Shown piece after piece: positions 63,229 to 64,000 of a stretch of 64,000 bases of DNA. The stretch covers positions 3,345,216 to 3,409,215 of the forward strand of contig CAVNZM010000005.1 of NCBI GenBank assembly GCA_963693365.1. Reading direction: 5' to 3'. A model generated the notes under the pieces. It was not told the DNA's origin and made no database searches. It saw only the letters and a list, made by a program, of their open reading frames with translations. Position numbers and translations under genes: made by a program. How positions within the stretch are numbered: the stretch's first letter is position 1; every line of letters begins with the position of its first letter. The stretch comes from Amoebidium appalachense. Lineage: Eukaryota; Protista; Ichthyosporea.

Positions 63229-64000
63229 ATGGACAGTTCGCACTCGGAGCTCGCCCTTGCAATCGTGTGTTTGGCGGTGGTCTACCTGTACGTGAGTTCG
63301 CACGAAGGCAATCCGTTCTATCAGGCCTGGGGGATTGACAACCCGGACCCTCCACCCAAGCCCGCCCCGCCCCTGTCCCCCGCAGACTTCCAGCCTAACC
63401 TGAACCTCGACAGGAACACCCTTTATGCACCGCACGCCGGGGCCACTGACGCCCTCGGCCTCAATCGGCCGTTCAACCCCCTCGACCGTCTCAACACCAA
63501 GGTCATGGAGGTGCCCCATGACGAGCACTACGGCAGATTCCGCTACCTCTCGCCCTACCAACGGCAGAAGCCCTTCGACGACGCCGCCAACGCCGCCGAC
63601 CGCACACCCCTCCCCCAGACCGTGGCCGTGCTGGCAGGTGCTGCCGTCGACGGCCATGTGCATCCCGAGGAACAGCAGTCGCGCAGCAACTACATGCGTG
63701 AGCTGTACCGCACACGCACGCGCGCGCCAGTGTACAACGGCAACATGCGCAACGAGGGAGCCCGGCCGGAGGCCGTGCTGAACAGCAGGGAGGATGCACA
63801 GCAGGGCGTGCGGCCGCCGCTACCGACATACGCGACAAACCCGGCACGCGTGGACCCAGAGAAGGTGGTGCATGCACGCAGGGGGATCCGCACACACGAC
63901 TTTGCCGAGATCCGCGGGCTGGCGAACACGGACGCGCCGATGATGCCCATCCCGGACATGGTGGCGGGGCCAACGCTGCCGCAGGAGTTCAACGTCAAGG
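63229..64000 (+). CDS. Hypothetical protein with N-terminal hydrophobic helix; runs off the window end
   Basis: Open from MDSSHSELALAIVCLAVVYLYV to the last base with no stop. Confidence 0.7.
   Translation, partial: MDSSHSELALAIVCLAVVYLYVSSHEGNPFYQAWGIDNPDPPPKPAPPLSPADFQPNLNLDRNTLYAPHAGATDALGLNRPFNPLDRLNTKVMEVPHDEHYGRFRYLSPYQRQKPFDDAANAADRTPLPQTVAVLAGAAVDGHVHPEEQQSRSNYMRELYRTRTRAPVYNGNMRNEGARPEAVLNSREDAQQGVRPPLPTYATNPARVDPEKVVHARRGIRTHDFAEIRGLANTDAPMMPIPDMVAGPTLPQEFNVK

Noticed and set aside
26276-64000. Bacterial contamination or prophage
   Set aside because: Eukaryotic TATA/CCAAT/AATAAA signals, a spliceosomal intron, C2H2 fingers and NCLDV-type genes; no Shine-Dalgarno pattern noticed.

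Overview
Eukaryotic genomic window, rich in poly-C/G and CA/GT microsatellites. The first ~10 kb holds host genes: the 3' part of a spliced WDR55 gene and an intronless DPM1-like glycosyltransferase. From roughly 10-11 kb to the window end it reads as an endogenous giant-virus (Nucleocytoviricota-like) segment. The 10-26 kb part is minisatellite-laden and carries a 7-exon KDM4-type JmjN/JmjC histone demethylase. The 26-64 kb part is gene-dense and almost intron-free. It encodes a D5-type SF3 helicase, an A22/RuvC resolvase, an A16/G9-like entry protein, two penton-like proteins, a Nudix enzyme, an aquaporin, two clan-CE-like proteases, a retropepsin, PD-(D/E)XK paralogs and a family of Bro-N/KilA-N/AntA-like DNA-binding genes. 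The most unusual observations are: (1) every Bro-N-like, KilA-N and AntA-like gene or fragment carries a different DNA palindrome at the equivalent variable point of its DNA-binding domain; truncated copies end at it, an intron sits at it, and copies of that segment recur next to the genes; (2) a nuclease/zinc-finger/helicase block in which the one catalytically intact nuclease shares its C-terminal domain with the helicase, followed by an iteron-like region. All family assignments come from motif recognition by eye; no searches were run.
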